Of a DNA stretch of 64,000 bases, positions 1 through 10,216 are shown one piece after another. This stretch comes from Candidatus Melainabacteria bacterium 17Bon1m. GTDB taxonomy: Bacteria; Cyanobacteriota; Vampirovibrionia; Obscuribacterales; Obscuribacteraceae. The translations under genes were made by a program, and so were the position numbers. The notes below the pieces were generated by a model. That model was not told where the DNA came from and did no database searches. It saw only the letters and a list, made by a program, of their open reading frames with translations. The stretch is taken from NCBI GenBank assembly GCA_032128875.1, contig JAVLKG010000001.1:832001-896000 (forward strand), written 5' to 3'. The first letter of the stretch is position 1; each line of letters begins with the position of its first letter.

Positions 1-1
1 C

Positions 2-352
2 AAACGTGCCGGCGCAAATGCGGAAATGTCTACGATACTAAATGCGGTGCGCAATGGTAAAGGCGAGAAAAAGAGCGCGACAATCGAATTTAAGGCAGAG
101 CGACTCTTCTTGCCCATGATCAATGAAGCATTTCTATGCCTGCAAGAACGTATCTGTGCTCCTGAAGACCTCGACCCTGCTCTGTGCGCTGGTTTGGGAA
201 TGCGCACCGGACCGCTGGCGATGGCTACTCAAATGGGTCTGGACAATTGCTTGAAACAAATTGAAGAGCATTTCGAAGTTTTTGGCGAACGCTTCCGTCC
301 TGCTCCCTTGTTAAAGCGCTACGTCTGGAGTAAGAGGACGACTATTTCGTGA
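2..352 (+). CDS. 3-hydroxyacyl-CoA dehydrogenase family, C-terminal part (5' end outside window)
   Basis: Frame open from window edge; RLFLPMINEAFLCLQE..DLDPALCAGLGMRTGPL..GLD..GERFRPAPLL matches the 3HCDH C-terminal domain pattern. Confidence 0.85.
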   Translation, partial: KRAGANAEMSTILNAVRNGKGEKKSATIEFKAERLFLPMINEAFLCLQERICAPEDLDPALCAGLGMRTGPLAMATQMGLDNCLKQIEEHFEVFGERFRPAPLLKRYVWSKRTTIS

Positions 353-380
353 TGTGTCTCGCGTCCTGTGAGCGTGAATA

Positions 381-2186
381 ATGCAGCTGACTCCAAAGCG
401 ATCAATGGTTATTCTGGCTGTAGCATGCCTCGGACTGTTTTTCCTTGGCATGTCGAGCTTTGGGGTTACTGATCCGGGCGAAGGTTACTACGTTGAAGCA
501 GCGCGCGAGATGGTCGAAAGCGGCGATTTCATTACGCCACATCTCAACTATCAGATCTATTTTTCCAAGCCGATTCTGACCTTCTGGTTGATGGCAATTC
601 CGTATAAGTTGTTTGGCGTCAGTGAATTTACCGCCCGAATCGCCTTTTCGTTTATCGCAACGCTATTGGCGTTTGCAACTTATCGTGTGGGCAGAGCGCT
701 TGGATCTGAATTTGCAGGACTTTTGTCCGGTTTGGCGATAGCCTCTTCTCCGCTTATCATCGCGGTTACGCGCCTTTCTCCCATAGACATCGCCTTCACT
801 TTATTCGTTGATTTGGCGGTTTTTGCGTTTGCAATGTGCGCAATTTTGAACATAAAGCGTTGGTGGTGGGTGCTGTATGTGGCTCTCGGTCTGGCTGTTT
901 TGACCAAAGGACCAGCCGGATTGGTTCTTTTTGCTGCCGGCACAATAGTCTTTCTTATCGTCTCTCGTCCGGGTTTCATCCAGTTAAAAGACTGGCTCAA
1001 GCGCTTGAGAATTGGATGGGGAGCGCTTATCTTCTCTGCTGTAGTGTTGCCCTGGTACGTAGCAATACATTTTGCAACCAAGGGACTGTTTTTGAAGGTC
1101 TTCTTCATTTACGAAAATCTTGGTCGCTTCGCCGGTCGAACCAATCTTGGAAAAGCTGTCTGGTGGTATTACTTGCCTGTCATCGGATATGGCTTCGCGC
1201 CGTGGATTCTCGCTTTGCCCTTCGCTGGTTTCTCTATTCTCAAGACTGGTTTGAGGCGAAAACTCTCGGCTCAAGCGGGGTTTTCCGAAGAGCAAGACCG
1301 GAGAAGTTTATTCTTGCTCTATCTCTTTGTTTGGTCTTTGACGGAGTTTTTATTCTTTAGCTGTTCCAAAACCAAGATGGACACCTACATTTTGCCGTCG
1401 TTCGCACCGTTTGCAGTTTGTGTCGCGGTGAAGATTCAAGAGTGGCTCGCTGCGTGGAACGACCCTGCTACACAAAATCGGGCAGCGAAAGTCGGCAAAG
1501 CTGTTTTTACAACTTCAGCTATCTTAGGATTTCTCTTGCTGATAGGAGGCCCTATTGCATCATGCATTCTTGTAAAAACAGACATCCTAGGCAAGGTTTC
1601 TCTGGCGCTCGCTTCTGCCTTGCTAGCTGCCGGACTGATACTTTCTTCGCGCTATTACAAACAAGGAAAAATTGAGCAGTCGGTGGTTTCGGTTGCCCTG
1701 GGATTTGCTTTAGCAGCAGGTCTTTGCCAGCCTATTGGGTTCCAGATAGGTTCTAAGAAGCGTTGGGACGATTTGAAATTGATTGCTACGCATTTGAAGG
1801 ATAAAGACGCAGACATCGCGATATTCAACACCTTCAAGCCAGCTGCCATGTTTTACGCGCGCGCTCCGATAGACAGCTTTTTCCATCCCCATCAATTGAA
1901 AGCGGCAGAACCAGGCGCGGGCGGGCGTCCGCAGCTCGTCATAGTCAATGACAAGGTCGTAGATCGCCTCATTTCGCACCCCGGTGTGAATTTGAAGCTG
2001 ATCGAACGCAGCGGCGAATGGGCTGTGTATGAAGCCGTGGGCTCATGCCTGGAGCGCAACTTGACCTTGGAAGAAGTGTTCAACAAACCCAAGGCGCTGG
2101 ATATGGCGGTGAGCGGAAAGGCCGAGTGGGGACCGCTTACGGTTCCTTATGCTGCAGGTGATAGGCAGTGGTGGAAGAAACAGTAG
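381..2186 (+). CDS. ArnT/PMT-like (GT39/GT83) membrane glycosyltransferase
   Basis: DPGEGYYVEAAREM, YFSKPILTFWL, LAVLTKGP motifs; many TM segments. Confidence 0.9.
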   Translation: MQLTPKRSMVILAVACLGLFFLGMSSFGVTDPGEGYYVEAAREMVESGDFITPHLNYQIYFSKPILTFWLMAIPYKLFGVSEFTARIAFSFIATLLAFATYRVGRALGSEFAGLLSGLAIASSPLIIAVTRLSPIDIAFTLFVDLAVFAFAMCAILNIKRWWWVLYVALGLAVLTKGPAGLVLFAAGTIVFLIVSRPGFIQLKDWLKRLRIGWGALIFSAVVLPWYVAIHFATKGLFLKVFFIYENLGRFAGRTNLGKAVWWYYLPVIGYGFAPWILALPFAGFSILKTGLRRKLSAQAGFSEEQDRRSLFLLYLFVWSLTEFLFFSCSKTKMDTYILPSFAPFAVCVAVKIQEWLAAWNDPATQNRAAKVGKAVFTTSAILGFLLLIGGPIASCILVKTDILGKVSLALASALLAAGLILSSRYYKQGKIEQSVVSVALGFALAAGLCQPIGFQIGSKKRWDDLKLIATHLKDKDADIAIFNTFKPAAMFYARAPIDSFFHPHQLKAAEPGAGGRPQLVIVNDKVVDRLISHPGVNLKLIERSGEWAVYEAVGSCLERNLTLEEVFNKPKALDMAVSGKAEWGPLTVPYAAGDRQWWKKQ

Positions 2187-2372
2187 ATGACGGGCGATAG
2201 TAGCCTCTTCTCTCTTTTGATTTAGCAGTCTTGTAAAACCCAGATAAGAACTTGAATGCTTCTTGGAAATCCCGCTTTTGGGGGATAGAGCAGCCGGAAC
2301 ATAAATTTTGGCTTGGCGTCGTTGAATCCATGCATGCAGTGGTGCAGCAATCACCTGTGTTGGAGCACGTTT

Positions 2373-3824
2373 ATGCTGAGAAAGGATGTTGGCAGACAGA
2401 GAGCGTTGAGCATGGCGCTGTCTTTGGCTTTAGTGCTCGGAAATATTGCTCCTGCCTTTGCTGCAGCATCTCCTAGCCAGGCAACCGAGTCCCGTCTCGA
2501 GAAGATTGAAAACACCCTTTTGCAAAGAACGCAAAAAGGCATGTCTGACTCTGAGCGCCTTTCAACACTCGAAAAACGTGTCTTCGGCAGCGAAAAAACA
2601 GGCAGCGTGCCCGAACGTCTTGCCAATCTTGATAATGCGATGACTACTGCTCGCACAGCCTCAAGTTTGCTGGCTCCGCCTATGGCGCCTCGGCTCGATA
2701 CCAGCCAATGGAGCAAAGTCGAAGAACCTAAGCCGCAAGCCCTTTCCAACTACGATGACCCCGATACTGCTACACCAACCGACGCCGCTACTGCAATGCT
2801 GAAGCGTGCAACTGATTTGTACTCCAGAGGGGATACTGCTGAAGCAGAGCGCATGTTCAAGAAAGTGCTCACGCTTGATTCACGAAATGCTGATGCGCAC
2901 TACAATTTGGGTGCCATTGCCGAAGCCCGTGGCGACACGGCTCAAGCGCTCAATGAATACCGTATCGCCAGCCAAATCAATCCTGGCGATCAAGAATTGA
3001 AAGATGCGGTTGCGCAAATTGAGCGCAAGCAAAACTCTGACAGAATCGCGCAAGCCGAGCAACAAAGACAACGAGACGAGCAGCAAAAAGAAGCTGCCCG
3101 CCGCGACAACATGAAGAGTTTGGTTGCACAAGCTTCAACCGCCTACAAAAACGGTCAGTACGATTCTGCAGTTAGACAGTTGGAGCAAGTAGTTAAGCAA
3201 GCTCCAAACGACTCTGACGTCCGTTTTGCTCTCGCTCAAGCATACAAAGCAAAAGGCGATCTCTCGAAAGCCCGCATGAATCTTAATCAAGCGCTTGCAG
3301 CTCAGCCTAACAACAAACTTTATCGCGATGCATTGAGCGACCTCGATCAAAAACTCGCCAGTGGCGGCAGCAGCGCAAGTGGTAGTTCTGGCAACGGAAA
3401 CGTGGGCGGCAGCGGATTCAGCGGCAATCGAAATTACGATAGTGCCCGCGCTTACGACAACTCGCAACAAAATGATGGCGGACCATCGTATGCTCCGGCT
3501 CCACGCAGAAATCAACCGCAAAGCGATTACATTAGCTCTGCATCCAGTGTCGATGACGGCGATGGTGTTCAACCCTTCACCCCATCACCAGCCTACTCCG
3601 GCAGTGCAAGCTCCTCCAGACGATACAGAAGAGGTGGAATCGGTGGACTGCTTGGCGGTGGCGGAGGCACGAGCAGCATGATGAAACGCGCAGCACTCGG
3701 CTCAATTACAGGTGCCGCTATGGGTGCAATGTGGAGCCGTAACTCTGGCGGCGGTATGAAATCCAACATGCTAAAGGGTGCTCTAATGGGCGGCATGATG
3801 GGCATTTTGACCGGTGGGCTCTAG
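2373..3824 (+). CDS. Exported TPR protein with Gly/Ser-rich linker and C-terminal glycine zipper
   Basis: GGAG before ATG 2373; signal peptide ending AFA; TPRs (ADAHYNLGAIAE, VRFALAQAYKAKG); C-terminal GxxxG repeats. Confidence 0.8.
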   Translation: MLRKDVGRQRALSMALSLALVLGNIAPAFAAASPSQATESRLEKIENTLLQRTQKGMSDSERLSTLEKRVFGSEKTGSVPERLANLDNAMTTARTASSLLAPPMAPRLDTSQWSKVEEPKPQALSNYDDPDTATPTDAATAMLKRATDLYSRGDTAEAERMFKKVLTLDSRNADAHYNLGAIAEARGDTAQALNEYRIASQINPGDQELKDAVAQIERKQNSDRIAQAEQQRQRDEQQKEAARRDNMKSLVAQASTAYKNGQYDSAVRQLEQVVKQAPNDSDVRFALAQAYKAKGDLSKARMNLNQALAAQPNNKLYRDALSDLDQKLASGGSSASGSSGNGNVGGSGFSGNRNYDSARAYDNSQQNDGGPSYAPAPRRNQPQSDYISSASSVDDGDGVQPFTPSPAYSGSASSSRRYRRGGIGGLLGGGGGTSSMMKRAALGSITGAAMGAMWSRNSGGGMKSNMLKGALMGGMMGILTGGL

Positions 3825-3893
3825 GTTCTCAGTAAGGTTTTGCAATCAGTAATCACACTAAGTTCTCAGGTAATAAAAACAGGAAATTTGGCG

Positions 3894-4604
3894 ATGAATT
3901 CGATTTTGAAACTGCTACCAGCACTTCTCCTAATTGCTAATGTCGGGTTTCTAAATCAGCCCGCATCGGCTGCAGAGCTATTGCGAGGACGCGTCGAGCG
4001 AGCAGACGAAAACACTCGTGTGCAACGTCCCGGCGGCATGGGCGACAGGCTTCCCGGTAAAGTGGAGTCAACTAGACTGCAGAGAGCCGAGCCAATGGAG
4101 GCTCCGAATTTCAGAGCTGGTCTCGTTGATACCAATGCTTTCCGTCAGCCACTTGCAGGACGTGCTCAAGACGAAGGTGTTCGCCTGGGATTGTTAAAAC
4201 CTAACGACTTCGCCAATTTGCCGAGCAAATTTGATCTTGGTGCAGAGCGCGGCTCGAAAGAGATGGTGCTTGCTTGGGAGCGCTGGCACAAACAGTTGTC
4301 GGAAGCCATTTATACTCGCTGGAGCGAAATGGCTGACACTCCTGGACGTGCGACGATTCGCTTGACGGTGACGAAAAACCTTCAAGTCATCCCAGTCATT
4401 GTTTCATCGTCTGGAAGTGGTCGTTTCGATAGAGGCTTGCTAGAGGCAATCAACAGTCTCAATGGCAACCCCGGTCTTAATTTTCCACGCAAATCTCAAA
4501 GAGACAAAGTCGAGTTCGAAACCGATTATGTCGCTGCGACCGACGTGAAATCAGGCTACAGCTGGGTCAAGAACGACTTCGAGAAAGTTCGAGAGAGCTA
4601 CTAG
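3894..4604 (+). CDS. Exported protein with TonB/TolA C-terminal-like domain
   Basis: Signal peptide (ASA); IVSSSGSGRFDRGLLEAI resembles the TonB_C SSG..FD..AL.A motif. Confidence 0.65.
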   Translation: MNSILKLLPALLLIANVGFLNQPASAAELLRGRVERADENTRVQRPGGMGDRLPGKVESTRLQRAEPMEAPNFRAGLVDTNAFRQPLAGRAQDEGVRLGLLKPNDFANLPSKFDLGAERGSKEMVLAWERWHKQLSEAIYTRWSEMADTPGRATIRLTVTKNLQVIPVIVSSSGSGRFDRGLLEAINSLNGNPGLNFPRKSQRDKVEFETDYVAATDVKSGYSWVKNDFEKVRESY

Positions 4605-6720
4605 AGATCCACGCTTCCAGTTCGGAGAATTGTTTGGCACTGAGAATGTTTCTCTCTCTCAATGCATTAAGTACGAACTCGTCAATCTGACGTTCGCATG
4701 CTTGCAGCCCGGACGCGCAAGCAGAGCTTTCTTCTGCGATACGCTTTGTCGCTTCAACGCACTCCATTGCGAGCTTTGATAGCGTTGCAGATTCCTCTTC
4801 GGTGAATGGAATAATCGGCAAGCGCTTAACGTCGCCGACCTGGAAGTTGATTGTGGGGTTGATTAGATGCGCCATTTTTCCCGCAAAGCTTGAGTTGAGA
4901 TAAGCAAGCAACGCGTGGCGGTCAATGGCAGTAGGAAATAGAGCGGAGGCAGCCACGTCGAAGATGCATCCTTCAGGAAGCAAGCGGACTGCGAAGTTCG
5001 AATTGTTGACGAAGGAGAATGACAAACCTTCTCTGAAATAGTACTTTTCGTTTTTCACAACCCAATGCACTTTTCCCTTGAGATATGGATACGCTTCCTT
5101 CACTGCGTCTTTGATTTCCTGCCCATCGTTTTCCCACTTCACCACATTGACGACGGGGCTGAACCAGCGTTGTGAGCCCGCTCCTTTGACGTATGGAAAC
5201 CAGATTTTGTTGATCTCTTGCTGGTCAACTTCCCAGATGAATTTGACAAATCTCTCGTTGTTGGTCGTGGCCAGTCCTTGTCGTACTTCAGCGTATTCGC
5301 CCAGTGCCGGCAGCTTTTCAATGAGTGTTACGGCTGCGTCTGGACATGAATAATTGAATTGTGAGTTTGGGAATTTCTTGAATGATTTGATCTCGCGGCT
5401 AAAAGCTAGAGGGCTGGAGTTCGGGTGTTTCAGCACCTCTGACAGCGCAGCCTCTTTGTCTTTTTCTTTTCGCAAATTGATAAACAGAGTCTCGCTCGCG
5501 GTTTGATCTTTAGCGATTACCATAATTACACTGTCAATTTTTTCACCTGACTGTAGAGGGAAAACACCAGTGCCCGCCTCGATCGCCAGAGAGGGCGTGT
5601 AATGTTCGATTAGGTGATTGCGAAACTCTTTTGAACTTGGAAGATAGAGAAGCGAGGACTGCGTTATGACTCCCAGCTTGCCATCGTCCTTGAGTAACTC
5701 CAAGCATCGTCGCGTGAATGCTACGGAAATATCGTGGCTTTCGTCAGGATAATGGTCTCTTAGAAGCTGTTTCAACTCACGACTCAGCAACTTTCTGCCA
5801 ATATACGGTGGGTTGGTCAAAACCGCCGAATATCTGCGGCAAAGAGGATGCCCTTCGGTTGAGTCAAAACTGCGATCGAGCGACCCAAGAATGTTTTTCT
5901 CCGTATCTAAGAGCTGAATACCGTTAAAAGCGATCGACAATGGTTCTTCCAGTCTCAAACATCTGACGCACAAACCCATGCTCGTAATCCAGATGCCGTG
6001 CGGATCTATATCGAGCCCACTGAGTGCACCGTCTGCCATGAAGGTTACTGCTTCTGTTTCTGAAAGTCCCTTCGATTGCAAAATTGAGAGCAGCGCGTCA
6101 AAAGAAGGAAGGAGAAAATTTCCACCTCCACAGGCCGGATCAATTATGGATATATCGGTGGCTTTCGCGTTTGCAAAGTCGAATGTGTTTTCTATCAACG
6201 CGTTGACGACCCAGTCAGGCGTGTAGAGCTGGGTGAAGGCAATGAGCGCTTCTCGGTCCATTTCTTTATTGGAAGATTGAACCTTTTTAAGCGCGTCTTT
6301 CCTTCGCAGCTGAGAACAGAGTTGATACGCGTGACCAATTGCAGTTTCTTTTGCGTATAGAGGAAAGTCTTTTGTTGCTTTGAAGAATTGCTTGAAAGCT
6401 GTAAATTGCTTAGTTGTAACTGGCGCGGGCTCATGCATAATCTCACGTACATCGCTGGGGGCAAGCGCCTTGACTTTTTTGAACAGCGTCTGAATCGCCG
6501 CGGTAATTTGTTCTGCATCTAGGCTCTCAATGCTCTTTTCCTCTGTGCATAGCCTTGCGAGTTTTTCATTGCGCGATAGAACATTCAGCGCAACGACCAG
6601 GACAATTGAAGATAGCGTCGCTGGCGCAAACTCATTCGCAGCGCTTACAGCCGACTTGCCGTTAACCGCCTTGATGAGGCGCTTGAGCTCCAATAGCTGA
6701 TTGTGCTCTGCAGATTTCAA
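4567..6720 (-). CDS. N6-adenine DNA methyltransferase, PglX/BrxX (Eco57I-like) family, shortened
   Basis: Motif I IIDPACGGGNFL, motif IV NPPY, PglX-type TQLYTPDWVV, QGLATTNNERF, WFPYVKG, KYYFREGLSFS. Confidence 0.85.
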   Translation of the reverse strand: MKSAEHNQLLELKRLIKAVNGKSAVSAANEFAPATLSSIVLVVALNVLSRNEKLARLCTEEKSIESLDAEQITAAIQTLFKKVKALAPSDVREIMHEPAPVTTKQFTAFKQFFKATKDFPLYAKETAIGHAYQLCSQLRRKDALKKVQSSNKEMDREALIAFTQLYTPDWVVNALIENTFDFANAKATDISIIDPACGGGNFLLPSFDALLSILQSKGLSETEAVTFMADGALSGLDIDPHGIWITSMGLCVRCLRLEEPLSIAFNGIQLLDTEKNILGSLDRSFDSTEGHPLCRRYSAVLTNPPYIGRKLLSRELKQLLRDHYPDESHDISVAFTRRCLELLKDDGKLGVITQSSLLYLPSSKEFRNHLIEHYTPSLAIEAGTGVFPLQSGEKIDSVIMVIAKDQTASETLFINLRKEKDKEAALSEVLKHPNSSPLAFSREIKSFKKFPNSQFNYSCPDAAVTLIEKLPALGEYAEVRQGLATTNNERFVKFIWEVDQQEINKIWFPYVKGAGSQRWFSPVVNVVKWENDGQEIKDAVKEAYPYLKGKVHWVVKNEKYYFREGLSFSFVNNSNFAVRLLPEGCIFDVAASALFPTAIDRHALLAYLNSSFAGKMAHLINPTINFQVGDVKRLPIIPFTEEESATLSKLAMECVEATKRIAEESSACASGLQACERQIDEFVLNALRERNILSAKQFSELEAWISSSSLELSRSRS

Positions 6721-6725
6721 TTTCT

Positions 6726-7823
6726 CTATCGCGCTGTAACTAGTGATTGGAAATCCAGTTTGCGCTCCAGCTGGGCACTCTGTCTGGCATGCTCGATGAT
6801 GCTGATTGTTCTTACGGCATGCTCCGGATTTACCGGCGGCGCAGTGTTGTTGTTGTTGATTGCATCGCGGACCGCTGCGTAAAAGTGTTCATAACAGCCC
6901 TTTTCGCTAACCAAAATCTCACTGCTTACTTTTCCATTTTTCTCGATAGCAAGCTTGCCTGAGAGGCTAACGTCTTCCAGTCCCCACTTCTTATCGCCAG
7001 GTTTTAAGCCTTTGCGCAATGCATCTTCTTGTGGATCGAGTCCGTATTTTTCATAGCCTCCATTCATTGCCAGGACGCGAAAGCGCGGACCAGGAATAGC
7101 AGAAACGATATTGGCATAAAGGTGGGCACGAACACCGCCTGCAAATTCAAGCGCTACGAAAGCGTCATCGTCTGCGCGAACTCCCGCACGGCGTCTGTCT
7201 AATTCGCAATAGACAGTGTTGGGCGTGCCGAAAAGAACACAAGCCTGGTCTATCAAATGGCTGCCGAGATCGAAGAGCAGACCGCCACCTTCGTCAGGAC
7301 CGCTATTGTCTTTCCATCTCTTAGTATCAACGGTTGGACGGAAGCGTTCGAAGCGCGACTCGAATCGCACTACATCAGCCAGTTTTCCTTCTTTGAGAAG
7401 TTTTTGAATCGTGAGAAAGTCATTGTCCCAGCGACGATTTTGAAAAACAGTGAGCAGTTTTTTCTGCTTGTTTGCCACATCAATAACTTCTCGGCATTCG
7501 CGGCTGTTGATAGCGAATGGCTTGTCTACAACTACCGCTTTGCCCGCTTCCAGAGCTGCCTTGGCTTGTTGTGCGTGCCATTTGTTTGGCGACGCGATAA
7601 CAACCAAATCTATAATGTCTGAGTGCGACTTCAGCGCTGTTTCCAACGAGTTGACTATTTTTGCGTTTGGAAATGTAGCTGCCGCTTTTTTGTGACGCTC
7701 GTCATTGCTTGTCGTGATTACAGTGACTTCCAGACCCTGAGTCGTAATCAGCAGCGGCGCATGGAAAATCTCTCCGGCTAGACCATACCCAATCAGCGCG
7801 ACTCTCAGAGGCTTGTCTGACAT
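6726..7823 (-). CDS. Gfo/Idh/MocA family oxidoreductase (YdgJ-like)
   Basis: VALIGYGLAG, VVVDKPFA, VFQNRRWDNDF, GGLLFDLGSHLID. Confidence 0.9.
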   Translation of the reverse strand: MSDKPLRVALIGYGLAGEIFHAPLLITTQGLEVTVITTSNDERHKKAAATFPNAKIVNSLETALKSHSDIIDLVVIASPNKWHAQQAKAALEAGKAVVVDKPFAINSRECREVIDVANKQKKLLTVFQNRRWDNDFLTIQKLLKEGKLADVVRFESRFERFRPTVDTKRWKDNSGPDEGGGLLFDLGSHLIDQACVLFGTPNTVYCELDRRRAGVRADDDAFVALEFAGGVRAHLYANIVSAIPGPRFRVLAMNGGYEKYGLDPQEDALRKGLKPGDKKWGLEDVSLSGKLAIEKNGKVSSEILVSEKGCYEHFYAAVRDAINNNNTAPPVNPEHAVRTISIIEHARQSAQLERKLDFQSLVTAR

Positions 7824-7824
7824 C

Positions 7825-8601
7825 TCAATTTCCTTTGTCGGTTGTTGCGGGGGCTTGGGGTACCGGGCTTACTGCAGGAATCGTAGTATAAGGGTTTGCG
7901 TTGGAATTTTGTGCGGGACTTGGATTAATACCTGAAGTCGAGTCAGCGCTTGGCGGCGTGCTTTGCGCTGATTTGTCTTCCTCTGGCTTTTCACGTTCAC
8001 TTGAAACAGTGGAAGGCTCAGCGGCGGTTTCCACTGGCGACACCTCTGCTCTGTTTACTTTCTTTTCTAAAGCCGTTATCAATTTGCTCATTCCAGCCCG
8101 TTTGGACGCAGGAGCATGTAAGGACTGAGCCCTTTTCAACGCTTTTAGAGCGCGCGAGTATTCATGCTCTTTGGTGAGAATGATGCCCAGGTTGTACCAG
8201 GGTCCCCAGCGTCTTGGAGAAAGTTGGGTAGCCATCTCAGTTGTGGTTTCGGCGCGTTCCAAATTGCCTGACTTGTGAAGTGCGGCGCCGAGATTTTCAT
8301 AATACGTATAGTCGTGGCTGTAGCGCTGTATTGCCTTTTGAAACATCGGCACTGCATCTTTGTAGTGCCCTGTGCGCGCAAAGCGAAGTCCCTGATTGTT
8401 CAATTTATTCGCTTCAATCCAATCCAAATATTTCCCTTTCTTTGGAAAAAGTTTGGACTCGATGTACTCTTGCTCTTCCGCTGCTGCTGCTGCTTGAGCT
8501 TTAACTTGAGCCGCTGCGAAACCGGCAGGGCGAAAAGGATTGAAGTAAGAAATGCAGGCGAAAAGCAACACAAATAAAAAACGAGGGAGGCTGCGATTCA
8601 C
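7825..8601 (-). CDS. Exported TPR protein
   Basis: N-terminal hydrophobic signal; TPRs YYENLGAALHKSG, PWYNLGIIL; low-complexity C-terminus. Confidence 0.75.
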   Translation of the reverse strand: MNRSLPRFLFVLLFACISYFNPFRPAGFAAAQVKAQAAAAAEEQEYIESKLFPKKGKYLDWIEANKLNNQGLRFARTGHYKDAVPMFQKAIQRYSHDYTYYENLGAALHKSGNLERAETTTEMATQLSPRRWGPWYNLGIILTKEHEYSRALKALKRAQSLHAPASKRAGMSKLITALEKKVNRAEVSPVETAAEPSTVSSEREKPEEDKSAQSTPPSADSTSGINPSPAQNSNANPYTTIPAVSPVPQAPATTDKGN

Positions 8602-8692
8602 TGAAGCGGACCTCCCTCATTTTGTTTGTGTCGTGTTTTCTTGAGTCGCTGAGTAGTTCAGCAATCCAGCAACTCCGCTGCGATTTTACGGC

Positions 8693-9883
8693 TTAGACTT
8701 TCGCTTTCTTCTTCATGTCGAAAGTGATTTCGTGCTTAGCCATTCGATCGAATGCTTCCTTCATTCTGTCTTTGTCAGCACAAAGTCCCATACGGAACCA
8801 GCCTTCACCTTGCGGACCGTATGCAGTGCCTGGTGGCACAACGATGCCGGCTTTATCCAGCATGATTTCGGCAAATTCCGCGGAGCTCATGCCTTCCGGC
8901 GTCGGCAGCCACATGTAGAAGGTTGCTTTGATCGGTTTTACAGTCCAGCCGAGCTTGGTCAGTTCTTTTACAGCCAGGTCGCGGCGTTCGATGTACAACT
9001 TGTTGCAGGCTTCGATGTGGTCCATCGGTCCTTCCAGTGCAGCGATACCGGCGATTTGAATAGCGCGGAAAATATCGGTGTCGCAGTTCGATTTGATAGA
9101 ACCGAGTGCTTTCACTGCAACCGGATTGCCGATGGCAAAGCCAATTCTCCAGCCGGTCATGTTGAATGATTTCGACAGAGTGTGCAGTTCGATTGCAACA
9201 TCTTTGGCGCCTTCGACTTGGAAAATCGACGGTGCAACATAACCTTCGTAGGTCATTTCAGGGTAGGACAAATCGTGGCAAACCAGCAGGTCATGCTTCT
9301 TGGCGAATGCTACCAGCTTTTTGAAGAACTCGAGGTCGGCTATGCCGGCGGTCGGGTTGTTCGGATAGTTGAGCATGATCAGCTTAGCGCGCTTGCAGAC
9401 GTCTTCCGGGATTGCATCCAGGTCTGGCAAGAAATTGTTCTCAGCCTTAAGCGGCATGAAATAAGGCTCTCCGCCAGCCAGAATGGTCGATGTTTTGTAC
9501 ACCGGATAAGCTGGGTCGGGAATGATATTAATGTCACCGCTGTCGATGAAAGCCATGATCGTGTTGTGCAGACCTTCTTTCGAACCGATAAGTGAGGTCA
9601 CTTCGGTTGCCGGATCAACAGTCACGCCAAAACGATTTTTGATGTATTTTGCTGCAGCGGCTTTGAATTCTGGTGTGCCACCGAACGGCGGATACTTGTG
9701 ATTAGCCGGATTGTCGATGGCTTTGTGCATCGCATCGACAATGTGTTTTGGTGTCGGTTGGTCGGGATCGCCGATGCCCAGATTGATTACATCAACCCCA
9801 CGAGCAACAGCAGCCTGGCGTTTCTTATCGATTTCCGCAAAGATATACGGAGGGATCGACTTCATTCTCTTTGATACTTCCAT
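8693..9883 (-). CDS. dapL: LL-diaminopimelate aminotransferase (class I/II PLP aminotransferase)
   Basis: PPYIFAEID, INLGIGDPD, LNYPNNPT, TLSKSFNMTGWRIG; ATG at 9883 chosen over the upstream start. Confidence 0.85.
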   Translation of the reverse strand: MEVSKRMKSIPPYIFAEIDKKRQAAVARGVDVINLGIGDPDQPTPKHIVDAMHKAIDNPANHKYPPFGGTPEFKAAAAKYIKNRFGVTVDPATEVTSLIGSKEGLHNTIMAFIDSGDINIIPDPAYPVYKTSTILAGGEPYFMPLKAENNFLPDLDAIPEDVCKRAKLIMLNYPNNPTAGIADLEFFKKLVAFAKKHDLLVCHDLSYPEMTYEGYVAPSIFQVEGAKDVAIELHTLSKSFNMTGWRIGFAIGNPVAVKALGSIKSNCDTDIFRAIQIAGIAALEGPMDHIEACNKLYIERRDLAVKELTKLGWTVKPIKATFYMWLPTPEGMSSAEFAEIMLDKAGIVVPPGTAYGPQGEGWFRMGLCADKDRMKEAFDRMAKHEITFDMKKKAKV

Positions 9884-10216
9884 GGCAAGAACCCCGATAG
9901 TTTGTTCACTGGCTGGACACCAACTGCCGTCTGACCACCTCACTGAGGGGCACAGAGCCTCGCGCAGACGCGTCCATCACAAGGAGACTATTTTAAGTGA
10001 TGGAGAAGGCGATTTGGTCGTGGTTTCAGCTCTTTGAAGCACTGTTTTACTGTTGATTTGTCCGAAAACCTGAAAAGCCCTGCCTGGTGCCGTTTATCAA
10101 GTTTTGTCCGCTTGGCTGCTTAAGTAGAATTACATTAAGATTGGCTCGGTGTTGTCATTTAGACCTCAATAACTCGATATCTTTGACGGGAATCGCGGAT
10201 TTTTGCAAATCCTCTT

